This document shows positions 10,401-18,870 of a DNA stretch of 64,000 nucleotides, one piece after another (the first letter of the stretch is position 1; every line of letters starts with the position of its first letter). The position numbers were made by a program, and so were the translations under genes. Below the pieces are notes generated by a model. The model saw nothing but the letters and a program-made list of their open reading frames with translations. It made no database searches and was not told where the DNA came from. This DNA comes from Syntrophorhabdaceae bacterium (lineage in GTDB: Bacteria > Desulfobacterota > Syntrophorhabdia > Syntrophorhabdales > Syntrophorhabdaceae), in the NCBI GenBank assembly GCA_963665295.1, contig OY762209.1, positions 1,824,001 to 1,888,000 of the forward strand, given 5' to 3'.

Positions 10401-10683
10401 TCTGCCTCTGGCTATGGCATCCGGCGCGGGGGCCGGCGCAATGAACGCCATCGGTACCGCTGTTACGGGCGGAATGCTCTCCGCCACATTTATCGACCTT
10501 TTCTACATTCCCCTGCTCTTTGTCCTCGTATCCCGCACGTTCACGCGGAAAGGGCCGAACGGGACGCTACCAAAAGGTTCCCCGCCTTCTTCAGTCGCCG
10601 GCCCTGATGCGCAGACTGCGGGCGCCCCCATGGGGACGGGGCCCGGGGTGGATCGCATTGCGCCTTCGGAGGTACACCCGTGA
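7432..10683 (+). CDS. acrB: RND efflux permease (HAE1, AcrB/MexB family)
   Basis: FFLDRPVFAWVIA, ISQYPPIAPP, AIGLLVDDAIVVVENVER, KNAILII, RLRPVIMTSLAF. Confidence 0.96.
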   Translation: MLSNFFLDRPVFAWVIALILMLTGGLAIYNLPISQYPPIAPPSIYIQAFYPGASAETVENSVTQIIEQKMTGLDKMLYLSSTSDSAGSARTELTFAPGTDADLAWSKVQNKLQLAMASLPEVVQRQGVTVGKATRNYLMIVGLISEDGSMDGNDLRDYAQSSLEKVLARVPGVGEVENFGSQYAMRVWLNPDKLTDYKLTVEDVVAALKTYNVEVSAGQFGGTPAVGGQRLNNSIIVQSLLKTPAEFAAIPVRVNPDGSIVKVGDVGRAELGTETYDIDSAYNGKPSSAMAIRQMAGANALDTANAVKTKLAEMSKYFPPGMKVVYPYDTTPFVKVAITEVIKTLLEAILLVFLIMWLFMGNIRATLIPTIAVPVVLLGTFAVLGFFGFSINMLTMFAMVLAIGLLVDDAIVVVENVERIMSEEGLSPKDATRKSMGQITSALIGIGLVLSAVFGPMAFFGGSTGVIYRQFSVTIIASMLLSVLVALILTPVLCASLLKPVPAGHEPAENAISFLRPFFRWFDRSFFRIRDKYVKTVERSFSRKLRYFVIYILIVVTVGILFTRLPKAYVPDEDQGILLSQVMLPTGATLEQTQKVVADVERHFLENEKKTVESVMAISGIGFSGRAQNNGILFIKLKDWHLRGRKDLRVKAISERAMKAFSQMRSSLTFAFPPPSVIELGMGIGFDFQLVDRGGVGHEKLMAARNQLLGMISKDKRVAKVRPNGMEDVPQYRIDVDWGKAGALGVPISSIHNTISEAFGSVYVNNFVQNGRVKRVYAQGDAPYRMLPKDLEKLYVRNNAGKMVPFSALASSRWTTGSPRLERFNGFPSMNIWGEPAPGRSSGEAMQAMEEMVGKLPQGIGFEWTGLSYQERMASSQAPLLYAFSILVIFLCVAALYESWPIPLANMLMLPLGIFGAAFATWARGMHNDVYFQIGFLTTLGLTTKNAILIIQFARERMARGEGLMEATLGAARVRLRPVIMTSLAFFFGVLPLAMASGAGAGAMNAIGTAVTGGMLSATFIDLFYIPLLFVLVSRTFTRKGPNGTLPKGSPPSSVAGPDAQTAGAPMGTGPGVDRIAPSEVHP

Positions 10684-12128
10684 TGAAACGAAAAGCACTG
10701 CCCATCATCCTTATTGTTGCCTGCCTTGCCGGGTGTGTGAGCCTTGCCCCTGAGTACAAACGTCCGGCGCCGCCTGTCCCCGCAAACTGGCCGACGGGCG
10801 CTGCCTACAAGGGGCCTGCCGGCGGTGAAACCGGTCCGGCTGCCGTCGACATGGAATGGCGGAAGTTCTGCATTGATGAAAAGTTACGGAAGGTCATCGG
10901 CCTCGCCCTCGACAACAACCGTGATTTGCGGATGGCGGCCCTGAATATCGAAAGGGCCCAGGGCGTATACCAGATACAAAGGGCCGTTCTTTTCCCCCAG
11001 GTCAGCGCGTCGGCCGTCGGCAACGAACAACGCCTGCCCGCCGACCTATCGGCTCCGGGACTGTCGGCGACCGGAGTGCCCTTATCACCAAGCCCCACGG
11101 TGTCCCGCCAATACAGTGTCGGCCTGGGCGTCAACTCATATGAACTTGACCTTTTCGGCCGCGTGAGGAGCCTCAAGGACCAGGCCCTGGAACAGTTTTT
11201 CGCCACTGAAGAGGCCCGCCGGAGCGTGCAGATATCCCTTGTGGCCTCCGTGGCAAACGCATACCTGAGTCGCGCCGCCGACTATGAAAGCCTGAAAGTC
11301 AGCCGCGATACCCTCGAAAGCCAGGAGGCCTCGTACAAGATCATCGAGCGCAGGTTCTCCGTAGGCACTTCCTCACAGCTCGACCTTCGCCAGGCTCAAA
11401 CCCGTGTGGACGCGGCCCGGGTGGACATAGCCCTCTTTACCGCCCTGGTGGCCCAGGACGAGAACACCCTGACGTTTCTTGTCGGTTCGCCGGTTCCCGC
11501 TGAACTGCTGTCGGACGAGATGGGAGCGGACGCGGTCTTTGCGGACATAGCAGCCGGTGTCTCATCCGAGGTGCTCCTTCGCCGTCCCGACATCCTGCGG
11601 GCCGAGCATCAGCTCAAGGCTGCCAACGCGAACATAGGCGCGGCGAGAGCGGCCTTCTTCCCCACCATCCTTTTGACTACCAACGTGGGTACCATGAGCA
11701 GCCAGATGACGGGACTTTTCAGATACGGGCAGGACACGTGGGGTTTCGCCCCCCAGATAACGCTGCCTATCTTCGATGCCGGTTCACGATGGGCAAGTCT
11801 CAAGGTGGCAAAGGCTGATCAGGCCATATTCCTTGCCCAGTATGAGAAGGCCATTCAAACGGCTTTCCGGGAAGTGGCCGATGCCCTTGCCGTGCGTGGA
11901 ACCGTAGGGGACCAACTGACGGCGCAGGAGTCCATGGTCTATGCCTCCTCCGAGGCCTATCGCCTCTCCGACGCCCGCTATACAAAGGGAATCGACAATT
12001 ACCTGGGTGTTCTGGACTCGCAGCGGTCCCTCTACGCGGCCCGTCTCAGGCTCATAAACATCCGGTTCTCCCGGTTCGCGAACATGGTGAACCTGTACAA
12101 AGCGTTGGGCGGAGGCACGGGAGAGTAA
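10680..12128 (+). CDS. oprM: RND outer membrane lipoprotein (OprM/NodT family)
   Basis: Lipobox LAGC, ALDNNRDLR, YELDLFGRVR, LLRRPDILRAEHQLKAANANIGAARAAFFP, LYKALGGG. Confidence 0.92.
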   Translation: MMKRKALPIILIVACLAGCVSLAPEYKRPAPPVPANWPTGAAYKGPAGGETGPAAVDMEWRKFCIDEKLRKVIGLALDNNRDLRMAALNIERAQGVYQIQRAVLFPQVSASAVGNEQRLPADLSAPGLSATGVPLSPSPTVSRQYSVGLGVNSYELDLFGRVRSLKDQALEQFFATEEARRSVQISLVASVANAYLSRAADYESLKVSRDTLESQEASYKIIERRFSVGTSSQLDLRQAQTRVDAARVDIALFTALVAQDENTLTFLVGSPVPAELLSDEMGADAVFADIAAGVSSEVLLRRPDILRAEHQLKAANANIGAARAAFFPTILLTTNVGTMSSQMTGLFRYGQDTWGFAPQITLPIFDAGSRWASLKVAKADQAIFLAQYEKAIQTAFREVADALAVRGTVGDQLTAQESMVYASSEAYRLSDARYTKGIDNYLGVLDSQRSLYAARLRLINIRFSRFANMVNLYKALGGGTGE

Positions 12129-12394
12129 ACGGGCGAAAAGGTCATGGCCAAGAAAGGCGTTGAGCCGGCCTCCGGACATTTGGCGTAAGTTGACTTTACA
12201 CATTCTCGTACCGGAAGATATGTATGATTACAGATAGGTGGTATATACAGCGCAGACTCACGGCTGTCTGACAGGACATCTTAAACAGCCTGAAATAACC
12301 GTGCACGCCGGGCCCCGCCGATCCGGGCCCTTATGGCCCGATTGGGCGCGTTAATTGCTTGCAAATCCAAGGGCGTGCTATTAGAATAGAACTT

Positions 12395-13165
12395 ATGGAC
12401 GAACTACTGGAATTTGCGGTCAACTGCGCTTTCGAATCGGGACGGATTCAGCGGGAATATTACGGAAAGGGGTTCGATATACGCCACAAAGGGGAGAAGA
12501 ACCTCGTCACCGACGTGGACGTGGCGTGTCAGAACCGGATTATCGAGCTTATTAAAGGGAGCTTCCCCGACGATGAGGTGATTGCGGAGGAGAAGACAAA
12601 CTATTACGGCGGGAAGAAGAACCGGTGGATCGTGGATCCCCTTGACGGCACGACGAACTATGCCCACGCGTACCCTTTCTTCTGCACCTCCATCGCCTAC
12701 GAGGAGCGGGGCGAGGTCACTCTGGGCGTGGTATACAACCCCATCTTTCGCGAGCTGTTCTTTGCGAGAAAGGGTAAAGGCGCGTTCCTGAACGGCGACC
12801 CCATAAGGGTCTCCGGGGTGACGGACCTCAAGCAGGCCTTGCTCGCTACGGGCTTTCCCTACGACCTTGCCACGAACCCCCGTAACAATATCGACCAGTT
12901 CGTGCGCTTCCTCTACGAGTCTCAGGCAGTGAGAAGGGACGGCTCGGCGGCCCTCAATCTGAGCTACCTCGCGTGCGGGAGGTTTGACGGTTTCTGGGAG
13001 CTGAAGCTCAACCCGTGGGACGTGGCGGCAGGGGCCCTCATGGTCCGTGAAGCGGGCGGTCTTATCACGGACTTCAAGGGCGGGGAATACAGCATCTATT
13101 CCGACGAGATACTTGCTTCCAACGGACATGTCCATCAAAAAATGCGGGACGTACTGGGAGGTTGA
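12395..13165 (+). CDS. suhB: Inositol monophosphatase family protein
   Basis: WIVDPLDGTTNYAH, RRDGSAALNL..LACGRFDGFWE, WDVAAG. Preceded by TTGCAA-17-TAGAAT. Confidence 0.92.
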   Translation: MDELLEFAVNCAFESGRIQREYYGKGFDIRHKGEKNLVTDVDVACQNRIIELIKGSFPDDEVIAEEKTNYYGGKKNRWIVDPLDGTTNYAHAYPFFCTSIAYEERGEVTLGVVYNPIFRELFFARKGKGAFLNGDPIRVSGVTDLKQALLATGFPYDLATNPRNNIDQFVRFLYESQAVRRDGSAALNLSYLACGRFDGFWELKLNPWDVAAGALMVREAGGLITDFKGGEYSIYSDEILASNGHVHQKMRDVLGG

Positions 13166-13617
13166 TTGTGAAGGAATATGCCCTCGACGACATCAGGCAC
13201 ATCGTGAGGCCGCAACTGGGGAACGACATTCCCCTGGTCCTCTACAGGTCGCTCAGGATCATCGGCATGAGGCAGATCCTGGGAGACGCTTCCGGCGCAA
13301 CTCTCTACATGATCGGCAAGCAGATCGGGACCATGTTCGAAGCCCATGACGCGGACGAGTTCACGCAACGCATCATCGATCTGAAGGTGGGTATTCCCGA
13401 ACTTACGACCATAGATGAGGACCACGTGACGGTCAAGCTTTACGAGTGTATTACCTGTGCAGGCTTTACCTATACGGGAGAGATGTTCTGCGACATGGAA
13501 AGCGGCATCATCGCGGGCCTTCTCGAACACGTGTACGGGAAAAAAGCGAGGTCCACCCAGACCAAGAGCTGGTCCATGGGCTACAATTTCTGTGAGTTCG
13601 AGGTGCTCCTTTACTGA
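13162..13617 (+). CDS. Stand-alone V4R (4-vinyl reductase) domain protein
   Basis: LY.IGK.IG, ECITC, C..ESGIIAG.LE, K.W..G...CEF pattern. Confidence 0.8.
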   Translation: MIVKEYALDDIRHIVRPQLGNDIPLVLYRSLRIIGMRQILGDASGATLYMIGKQIGTMFEAHDADEFTQRIIDLKVGIPELTTIDEDHVTVKLYECITCAGFTYTGEMFCDMESGIIAGLLEHVYGKKARSTQTKSWSMGYNFCEFEVLLY

Positions 13618-14495
13618 TGCCTGAGGATACGGGGTCATTGCAAAGGCGGGAGAAGGAACTTGAAATGGAACTCGAGGAGACGAAAAGTCTCTCCCAGGCA
13701 AGGAGCAAGCTTCTTGAAGCCAACATAGGCGAACTCAACGAAGTCTACATCATCCTGAACGAGAAGATCAAAGACCTGAGGCGCAAGGATGCGCGGATCA
13801 AGGGCTTTGAAGAAGAACTGACGAGGGCGAACAAGCTCTCGGCACTCGGAGAGATGGCATCCTCCATCGCCCATGAGATAAAAAACCCCCTTATCTCCAT
13901 TCAGGGCTTTGCGAAGAGGATCGAACGCACGGACGACCCTGCCAATATCGAACGCTATGCGAAACTGATAGACGGGGAGGCGGAACGTCTTTCGAAGGTC
14001 CTCGCGAAGCTTCTCGATTTTTCGAGGATGGACGAGCCGAAGAAGGAGCCGGTGCGCCCCGACGAGATCGTGGACGATACGGTCCTTTTCATGGAACACC
14101 ATCTCACGCGGTTCAAACAGGTGACCCTGGCTCTTGAGAAAGAAGAAGGGCTGCCCATGATCACCGTGGAAAAGATACATATCCAGCAGGCCCTCATCAA
14201 CATTATCCTCAACGCGGCCCAGGCCATGCCTGACGGGGGAACCATCACCATACGCACAGGACACATTGACGGATACGTCGCCCTTGCCGTGTCCGACGAA
14301 GGCCCCGGCATAAGTGAAGAGTACCGGGAGAAGATCTTCGAGCCCTTCTTTACCACCAAGGCGAAAGGCGAGGGAACAGGCCTCGGTCTCTCCTTGAGCA
14401 AGAGGCTGGTGGAAGCGAACGGTGGAAAGCTGGAAGTGGCAAACAACCCCGTAAAAGGCTGCACCTTCACCATCTACCTGCCGATAGACGCCTGA
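13617..14495 (+). CDS. Cytoplasmic histidine kinase (NtrB-like) with no sensor domain
   Basis: H-box SIAHEIKNPL, N-box NIILNAAQAM, DEGPGI, FEPFFTTK, GTGLGL; N-terminus is only a coiled coil. Confidence 0.92.
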   Translation: MPEDTGSLQRREKELEMELEETKSLSQARSKLLEANIGELNEVYIILNEKIKDLRRKDARIKGFEEELTRANKLSALGEMASSIAHEIKNPLISIQGFAKRIERTDDPANIERYAKLIDGEAERLSKVLAKLLDFSRMDEPKKEPVRPDEIVDDTVLFMEHHLTRFKQVTLALEKEEGLPMITVEKIHIQQALINIILNAAQAMPDGGTITIRTGHIDGYVALAVSDEGPGISEEYREKIFEPFFTTKAKGEGTGLGLSLSKRLVEANGGKLEVANNPVKGCTFTIYLPIDA

Positions 14496-14499
14496 GAAG

Positions 14500-14644
14500 C
14501 AAAGGCTGTCTTCTTCCGGCCAAAGGCTGTCTTCTTCCGCATCTCTTCGTTGCCTGCGGCGTCAGTCGTCCTCGACGTACTTGAAGTACGCCTGCGGGGA
14601 CTGACGCCTTGTCGCCTCGACCTGCGAAAGAATACAGCCTTTGG
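14500..14644. repeat. Long imperfect palindromic (REP/MITE-like) element with a duplicated left arm
   Basis: Nested inverted repeats CCAAAGGCTGTCTTCTTCCGCA / TGCGAAAGAATACAGCCTTTGG, GGCGTCAGTC / GACTGACGCC and CGTACT-TGA-AGTACG; 19-bp CAAAGGCTGTCTTCTTCCG at 14500 and 14521. Confidence 0.8.
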
Positions 14645-15210
14645 CGGCCATTTCTTGAACATTATTCACTGAACAGGAACGTCAATACTCCCCCACGAGT
14701 CTGTTCAAGCCCCGCCTGTCCCGGCATAAGAGACGATAACAAATGGGGCAGGAGCTGCCAACTGAACTATTGATTCCTGAGAAGTAACCCATTTTGCGGA
14801 TATTGCCGGAAAACTCCGCCTGTAACGTGCCGTAAATACTAGGCAAAGTATTTGCTTCAGCACTCATTATCTTGGAAATGGCACTTACTTCTCCGGAATC
14901 ACTATTGAAGGATGTCCCCACGCCTTCTGCATGACATGGCGAATAGCTCCGGGGGCATCTATACGGCTTTTCCTCGGCATGGGCATAGAGTGGCACAGAA
15001 TATCGGTAAGGTCAACATTGCCAGAGCCCCCCTATTACCCTAAGATCCGGAATACCAGCGCATGATGGCCACTCTTCTTGTTCTCCTTGCGTTAATCGGA
15101 AGACGCTGCGTTTACACCGGCGACCATCCCATTTGAGAAAAGATGGCCAAAAAAGTATCTCGACAATCTCAGTCGCCACGACGTGGCGGTGATCCCTGCG
15201 AGAAATATTC

Positions 15211-16938
15211 CTATGTTGCCATAGAGGCTGTGACCGCCTTGTAGGCTTCATAATACTTGAGCGCGGCAGCGCTCCAAGTGAAGGTCTCGGCCTTCTTGAA
15301 CCCGTTAATGACCAGTTCATAATACTCATCGGGACGTTCTTGATAGAGGCGGACTGCCTCTCGCATAGACTGGTGCAGAGCCCCTACCATGGTGGAAGCC
15401 CATTGATTTCGCTTTCTTGTCTGGGCAAAATAGCTTGACCCGACAAATTCTCTGATATTGTTCAAAGTATAGTCTGAACCATCTTCCCTGTACGATATAC
15501 CGCACCTGTCATCAATCTGGTCTACCAGCCCGCCCGTTGCCCTCGCTATGTTGACTGTGCCATTAGCCATGTACTCGACGGCAGCGCCGAATGGCTCATA
15601 GATTGAGGGCATAACGCCGAATGTACTCCCTAACTGCAGTTCCATGAACCCCTCTTTCATCCTGGTTGGAAAGACCGTGAGATTCCCTTTGCGCTTACAG
15701 GCGACTTCATAGAAGAAGTCCAAATCCGACATTCTGACGGGCATGGGAGTCATAACCACCTTGATTTCATCAGCCTCAAATTCCTCTATAGCTTGGAGCA
15801 GGATATCATAACCTTTTTGGTTGGGATCCAAGCGGCCGCTCATAACGAAAATGGGGATATTGTCCGGCAAATCCGTTATGGGACCATCCCTGTAAGAGAG
15901 TTCACCAAAACGCTCCCTTGGTCTATATTGGCCTAGAATCTCCAGTAAAGCCCTTCTGTTTCTCAGCTTGACTTCCCTCACCTCGGAAATCGTGTGTTCG
16001 TGTCTCTTGGGAAATTCAGGAGAGAAATCGACAAACATCCCATTGTTAACACCGAAGACGCCACCATGGTTGAATATGTCTTGGAGATGGGGCGCAAAAT
16101 GCTTCGTCTGCAATATGTCGGAGACGAACTCCCGTGCGAAGTTCTCGCTCACCGTCGTGATGGGGCCATCGACCAAGCCAAGCCCGATCTGATAGGCGGT
16201 CAGCCCTTTGCCCATATCAAAATTTCTGCGTCTCCACCCGTCAAAGACTCCTTCCGAAAGTTCTTTTTCTGAAAAGAAGGAATCGTAAGGGTTGTGCATC
16301 GTTTGAACGGTCGCGCAGGATCTCAACGTACCTTCGAGAACCGCCTCTTTCGATGTGAGCGCTATGAGTGCTGTTTGCCATTCCTGAAGATGAAATACAA
16401 TGTTTGCCGTAATACCTAGGGCTTTCATTGCGAAGGGTACGGCACAGCAGAAGAAGAGACTGTTTTCTCTCAGCAGAGTCTCGTTCCTCTCTTGGTTGCC
16501 TTCATCGTAAATGTAAGGATCTTTTGACGCACCAAAAAAGCCGTCTCCCCCTATGTAGTATTCAACTAATTTGCCTGCTCCGGGTTTATCATAGATGAGG
16601 GTATATTCATAAAGTGTAGCCCTTACCGAGCGACCTGCGTAAGGCACATCAAAAGAGATGTTTGACGGCTTCAACTCGGACATTTTCACCAGCTTTGGGT
16701 ATAGCGGAGTAAGCAGACATACAAAAGGGATTTTGTTCACCTCCTTAAGGTATGGAAGGACATTTGCAGCCACCGCAGCCAGCCCGCCGCTTTTCGCAAA
16801 TCGGTTCTCGAAAGAACAATAAACGACGTTTGCGATCTCCATCTCGCCGAGACTTTTCTCGAGCGCCTCAATTTCGTCCGGTGCAAAAAAGGTGCTCACC
16901 AGCCGCCAGTCTCTTCGCCACTCTGATGTATCCATCAC
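15211..16938 (-). CDS. Glycogen/starch synthase-like glycosyltransferase (GT5)
   Basis: FAKSGGLAAV (KxGGL), HLQEWQTAL, TMHN, TTVSENFAREF, NG, GRLD..QKG.DIL, MPSIYEPFG, ATGGLVD, FTW..AA..Y. Confidence 0.85.
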   Translation of the reverse strand: MMDTSEWRRDWRLVSTFFAPDEIEALEKSLGEMEIANVVYCSFENRFAKSGGLAAVAANVLPYLKEVNKIPFVCLLTPLYPKLVKMSELKPSNISFDVPYAGRSVRATLYEYTLIYDKPGAGKLVEYYIGGDGFFGASKDPYIYDEGNQERNETLLRENSLFFCCAVPFAMKALGITANIVFHLQEWQTALIALTSKEAVLEGTLRSCATVQTMHNPYDSFFSEKELSEGVFDGWRRRNFDMGKGLTAYQIGLGLVDGPITTVSENFAREFVSDILQTKHFAPHLQDIFNHGGVFGVNNGMFVDFSPEFPKRHEHTISEVREVKLRNRRALLEILGQYRPRERFGELSYRDGPITDLPDNIPIFVMSGRLDPNQKGYDILLQAIEEFEADEIKVVMTPMPVRMSDLDFFYEVACKRKGNLTVFPTRMKEGFMELQLGSTFGVMPSIYEPFGAAVEYMANGTVNIARATGGLVDQIDDRCGISYREDGSDYTLNNIREFVGSSYFAQTRKRNQWASTMVGALHQSMREAVRLYQERPDEYYELVINGFKKAETFTWSAAALKYYEAYKAVTASMAT

Positions 16939-17723
16939 TTCCCCCCTTTTCGAATGGATATTGTTTTCTTCGCGAACATTTTTTTGATATCATCGTCAAC
17001 AACAAGCACCCACTTGGTTCTTTCGCTCTCAATGAAAGGGTCAATATGGGAATAGTGTGCGGAGCGTAAGGCAGTATACAGGAAGTAACAGGTCGAAGCC
17101 GCCAGAACTGCTGCACCCAATAGATTCGGAGTATCCAGCAACCCGAAAAAGCGAAACACATCATGTGTTACCAATGTGAGCCGGTCCCCGATCTTCTTCA
17201 AATTCAGCCCTACCAGAAAGGCCCATGCCATGACAACCAGACAGATATGGAGTGACCACAAGGCTGGATAGGATCCTTTATTTATGTGTGAGTTCGGAAT
17301 AGCCATCGGGTCGTTGCCATTATTGATCCGACTCGCTGCCTCTTCCCCTTCGTGCTGCTCCCATATCCGGTATTCCCTCAATGCGTTTTCCCATCCGATC
17401 CATTTATCCTTGTAGGATCCTTCATGAAATATCTGAAGGTATGCTATAATGCGGGCGTCACTTTCCAGTCGATGCACGGTAAATTTTAGATTATAAGAGA
17501 AGAGAAAGATCAAAACCGCTACAAGTATACTCGTGCTTAAGAAATTACCTTGGTCAAATACCTTTGCGGATGCCGCGACAATCGCAAGTATCACGACTGT
17601 TCTCTCGAATACATAACTTCGATTCCTTCTGTGCTCTTCCAAAAGAGCCTTATACTCTTCCAGTTGAACGCGGGACTGATCAGGCATAGTTAATTGCTTC
17701 CCAGACTGTAATAGGGGGTTCAC
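16935..17723 (-). CDS. Hypothetical multi-pass membrane protein, translationally coupled to the GT5 gene
   Basis: 262-aa ORF with about 4 hydrophobic segments; ATGA overlap with the downstream gene; AT-richer than flanks. Confidence 0.7.
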   Translation of the reverse strand: MNPLLQSGKQLTMPDQSRVQLEEYKALLEEHRRNRSYVFERTVVILAIVAASAKVFDQGNFLSTSILVAVLIFLFSYNLKFTVHRLESDARIIAYLQIFHEGSYKDKWIGWENALREYRIWEQHEGEEAASRINNGNDPMAIPNSHINKGSYPALWSLHICLVVMAWAFLVGLNLKKIGDRLTLVTHDVFRFFGLLDTPNLLGAAVLAASTCYFLYTALRSAHYSHIDPFIESERTKWVLVVDDDIKKMFAKKTISIRKGGK

Positions 17724-17819
17724 GTGTCATTCCTATATATCCATTATCGACCAATTCTGCTCATTATTTCAACCTAAAACTACGTCTATGCATAATCCGC
17801 AGTCGCCACGTTGGTAATG

Positions 17820-17848
17820 GGTGCTGATAAGGACGCGTTATGTAAACT
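17820..17848 (+). other. dif-like Xer recombination site
   Basis: GGTGCTGATAA-GGACGCG-TTATGTAAACT: XerC-like and XerD-like 11-bp arms with ATAA/TTAT inner symmetry and a 7-bp centre (canonical dif has 6). Confidence 0.55.
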
Positions 17849-17882
17849 GGAGGGGGAGAGTGAGGAAAGAGGGGGGGTAATA

Positions 17883-18016
17883 GGGGAGGCTCGTCCGGCT
17901 TTTGCCGGTCGAGGGGGCGACGTGAGCCCTTAGGTCCAAGTGCCACCCAGCACGCACGGCGTGCGAGAGGGGGAGGCTCGTCCGGCTTTTGCCGGTCGAG
18001 GGGGCGACGTGAGCCC
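17883..18016. repeat. Two identical 47-bp direct repeats (REP-like) with a 40-bp spacer
   Basis: GGGGAGGCTCGTCCGGCTTTTGCCGGTCGAGGGGGCGACGTGAGCCC at 17883-17929 and 17970-18016; internal hairpins CCGGC-TTTT-GCCGG and GGCTC...GAGCC. Confidence 0.9.
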
Positions 18017-18039
18017 CTTTAATAAGCTGCAATGCCCCT

Positions 18040-18810
18040 TTAACTGAAATTGAGTTTCATGCCGTCGTAGGCCGCTACTACCTCGATCCCTGTTCGTTTT
18101 TTCAGTTGTTCCGCAAGGAGGTAGGGCTTTCCTTTTATCATGGTCAGGCCGAAGTGGGTCATGACAGCCACCTTTGGTCTCACTTTCTCGATAATGACGG
18201 CGAAGTCATCGACCGAGAGGTGGTCTATGGGCCGGTCCTTCTCGATGGGCCGGACCCGGAGTACATTCACGATAAGGTAATCCGCGCGATAATGGTCGGG
18301 GAGCGCGTCAAAGAACCTCGTGTCGGAGATGAGGCCGACCGTGGTCCCGTTCAGGTGGAACAGGAGCCCGTATGTCTCCACCCCGTGTAAGTGCCTCACC
18401 GGGGTGGTAAAGGTGACATCCTTGATGGTATAGCTCTTCCCTTCCTTGAGCAACTCGATTCTTTCGAGGAAGGCCCGGGTGTGGCGGAGCACGACAGGAT
18501 CGTCGGTCACCGCGTCTTCAGGGCAAAAAAGGACCCCTCTCTTCTTGAAGCCCCCTTCCGTCATGGCCTCGATCACGATGTTCGTGTCGTTGGAATGGTC
18601 CAGGTGTTTATGGGTAAGGATGATGCCGTCCAGGCGGGCGGGATCGAAATGTTCTTTTGAGCCGTGGATTCTCACGACAGCCCCCGGACCGGGGTCTATG
18701 CAGAGGTTCGTATTCCGGTGCTTGAGCCAGAGTCCCCCTGTTGCCCTTACCTGACTCGCTGCCACGAACCTCGCGCCGCCGCTTCCGAAGAATTTGATAA
18801 AACCTTCCAT
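18040..18810 (-). CDS. MBL-fold metallo-hydrolase
   Basis: F.GSGG, IDPGPG, THKHLDHSND (HxHxDH), H.VETYG, SDT, HL, THFG. Confidence 0.9.
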   Translation of the reverse strand: MEGFIKFFGSGGARFVAASQVRATGGLWLKHRNTNLCIDPGPGAVVRIHGSKEHFDPARLDGIILTHKHLDHSNDTNIVIEAMTEGGFKKRGVLFCPEDAVTDDPVVLRHTRAFLERIELLKEGKSYTIKDVTFTTPVRHLHGVETYGLLFHLNGTTVGLISDTRFFDALPDHYRADYLIVNVLRVRPIEKDRPIDHLSVDDFAVIIEKVRPKVAVMTHFGLTMIKGKPYLLAEQLKKRTGIEVVAAYDGMKLNFS

Positions 18811-18870
18811 TCATACCCTCCTTATGGTATTCCTATTGTAGGAACAACGGTAAGGAATGTCAATTTGGAA

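Noticed and set aside
14682..14996. 104-aa minus-strand ORF
   Set aside because: No motif or RBS support; it may be a decayed gene fragment but cannot be called.
15211..16938. Gene symbol glgA
   Set aside because: The family is clear, but context and composition are atypical and orthology cannot be established without a phylogeny.
17883..18016. CRISPR array
   Set aside because: Only two repeats, 47 bp and G-rich, with no leader or cas genes in the window; better explained as a REP-like doublet.
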